DNA of 64,000 nt from an uncultured Chthonomonadaceae bacterium (GTDB lineage Bacteria; Armatimonadota; Chthonomonadetes; Chthonomonadales; Chthonomonadaceae). The position numbers and the translations under genes are program-made. Every line of letters begins with the position of its first letter. Position 1 is the stretch's first letter. Location: the NCBI GenBank assembly GCA_963817895.1, contig CAWFQB010000014.1, positions 224,001 to 288,000 on the forward strand. Reading direction: 5' to 3'. The notes under the pieces were generated by a model. The model made no database searches and was not told where the DNA came from. It saw nothing but the letters and a program-made list of their open reading frames with translations. Positions 61,736 to 64,000 of the stretch are shown here, one piece after another.

Positions 61736-64000
61736 TTACAATATTTGCAGCGCGAGATTGGGACGGTCTGTGAACGACGGCTTGACGGGCGGGTTGGCTT
61801 CCAGAGCCTCATTGATGAGGCTGAGGGCTTTTTCCATTTGCGGATCGTAGCCGCTGACGTAGTCCTGCGGGGCTATGTCTATGTCTATGTCCGGGTCGGT
61901 TCCGTAGTTTTCCACGCCCCAGCCCACGTCCTGAAACCAGAACGAGAACTCCGGCTGCGAAGTGACCGCGCCGTCCGCGAGGGGATTGCGCGGCCAGATG
62001 CCGATCACGCCGCCCCATGTCCGCTTACCCACAAGCGGGCCAAGTTTCATCAGTTTCCAGACGTGGCTGAAAATGTCGCCGTCCGAACCCGCCCACTGAT
62101 TTGTAATTGCCACAAGCGGGCCGGCGGGCGAATAGTTCGGGTACGGTTCCGGTTCGCCCCACCGCTGTATGTCGTACCCGACCCGCTTTCGCGCCAGTTT
62201 CTCGATCAGCAGTTGCGACACATGCCCGCCCCGGTTAAAGCGCACGTCCACAATTAGCCCGTCATGCGCCACTTCCGCCAGATAGGTACGGTGGAATTCG
62301 GCGTATCCGTGCGCCCCCATGTCGGGAATATGCACATACCCGACGCGCCCGTTGGTTGCCTTATGAACCATTTCGCGGTTCGCTTCCACCCACTCGCGAT
62401 ACCGGGCGGGGAACTCCGAGCGCAGGGTTTTCACCGATACATCCCGCGTTTTGCCGTCCGCATCCTCGACCGTTAAGGTCACTTCACTGTCCGCCAGATG
62501 TACGAGCAGTTCATTGGGCGGGTCTGTCTTGCTCACTTTGCGCCCGTTGATGGCCCGCAGTTTATCGCCCACCTTGACATTGATTCCTGGCGCGATGAGA
62601 GGCGAACTCGCCCGCGCTTCTCCCGGCGAACCTACAATGATACGCGAGACAACGTAAGCATCCGAACCCGCATCGTAATCGTAATCCGCGCCCAAAAAGC
62701 CCTGCGGATACGACGGCTCCGACCGGTAATCGCCGCCCATTTCGTAGGCGTGAGACGTGCCCAGTTCGCCCTGCATTTCCCACAATAGATCGGACAATTC
62801 GCCCCGCGTTCCGACCCTATTGACGAGCGGCGAGTACCGTTCCCAAATCGCTTTCCAGTCTATCTGCGACATGTCTTCCGTCCAGAAGAATTCGCGCTGC
62901 AGCCGCCACGCCTCCTGCGCCATCTGCTGCCACTCCATGCCCGGATCAACCGATACCTTGACCCGCTTCAAATCCACCCACCCGCTTTTGCGTCCCGGCT
63001 CACTGCCGCCCTTTTCGTCCGGCTTTTCGCCCGCCCGCAAGTATCCGCAGTTTGCGGTTGGCGCGGTACGCCAGCATTTTGCCGTTCTGCGAAATCTCAA
63101 AATCGGTCATGCCGCTCACAAGCGTCTCGTGCTTCAGATCTTTGAAGTTGAATGACTCCAAACTTCCCTTTGCCGGACGCTCGCTGCCCAAACGAATCCT
63201 GCCCAATCGCGCCCTCAACGGGATATGACGTAAACAGCGCCTTGCCTTTGATGCCCGCAATCTGCCCGTACAATCCATCCGCAACCGGAAACGCGACGAC
63301 GCGGTTTTCAATCCCGTCAAAATCTATGGTTACGGTGGTTGGTGGCTGGTGGATGGGGGTTGATGAGTCTTCTCTTCCTCTTCCTTATCGCTGTTCTCCC
63401 CGTCCTCTTTCTTCTCTTCTTCTTTTCTTCTCTTCTTCTCTTCTTCCCTATCCTCTTCGCCCGGTTTCAGCGTGAACGGCGTCGGCTAGGTCGGCGCGGA
63501 GAGTAAGCAGGTAGGGGCGCATGCCTTTGGGGAAGCCTAAGTCAAAATGAAGATTGTCGTACACGGGATTTAGTTGGCGGGTAGCGAGGAAGTACAGGAA
63601 TTTTCCGTCAGGGTCGAAGGCGGGTTCCGTATCGTGCAGCACAGGCTTGGTTACGGTTCGCTTTTCGCCCGTTGTTTTGTCCCAAATGCGCAATTCCGTC
63701 TGGTACGCGCTGAGGGCATAGCCATACGCTACCCAACGCCCATCCCCGGACCAGTTCATGCCCTGCATGTTCCGCGCCGCGCTCTTATCTATGACTTGCA
63801 GCGTTTTTTCCGCCAGATCAATGTACAGCAGTTCGTTACGATGATTGCTCACGATTACCTGATCGCCCGTTGGCGACACGCGCAGACCGGTAGGACGCCC
63901 AATGTCCAAGCCTTCCAGACGGACAGGCTCGTCAGTTCCTTTAATGGAATGAATTTCCAGCGACTCCACACCGCCCCGATCAACCACTGTGACCACGCGC
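61736..64000 (-). CDS. Tricorn-like S41 protease (5' partial, several frameshifts)
   Basis: Beta-propeller repeats (WSGDGRWVAY, FDPDGKFLYF), GELGTSHAY, GYVHIPDM, DVRFNRGG, AGSDGD and GKRTWGG. Confidence 0.93.

Overview
A GC-rich bacterial chromosomal segment. Gene repertoire and style suggest an Armatimonadota-like organism (inference). Many single-base frameshifts in conserved genes point to an imperfectly polished long-read assembly. Housekeeping content: hpt, rho, gcvT/gcvH, a liv branched-chain amino acid ABC operon, two GT-C glycosyltransferases, mtnP, metH, mutL, a 23S-5S rRNA unit with its own tandem promoters and no 16S, ftsY, a sugar ABC system and a tricorn protease. The best candidate for an undescribed system is at 25439-29630: an atypically long sigma70/ECF-like factor is translationally coupled to a protein in which two zinc-binding anti-sigma (HxxxCxxC) domains are fused in frame to a complete dicarboxylate/amino acid:cation symporter (DAACS) with altered ion-coupling residues, followed by a more canonical DAACS paralog. 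This looks like a transporter-as-anti-sigma (transceptor) module. Other notable observations: predicted transmembrane hairpins inserted into both LivH and the LivG ATPase domain; a dif-like site plus two double-palindrome elements carrying the same XerC-type arm; short-unit palindromic repeats inside protein genes and inside 23S helix 45; apparent loss of 23S helix 78; an Rpn gene with a strong internal start; and a toxin-antitoxin cassette bounded by a 225-bp duplication of the tricorn gene.
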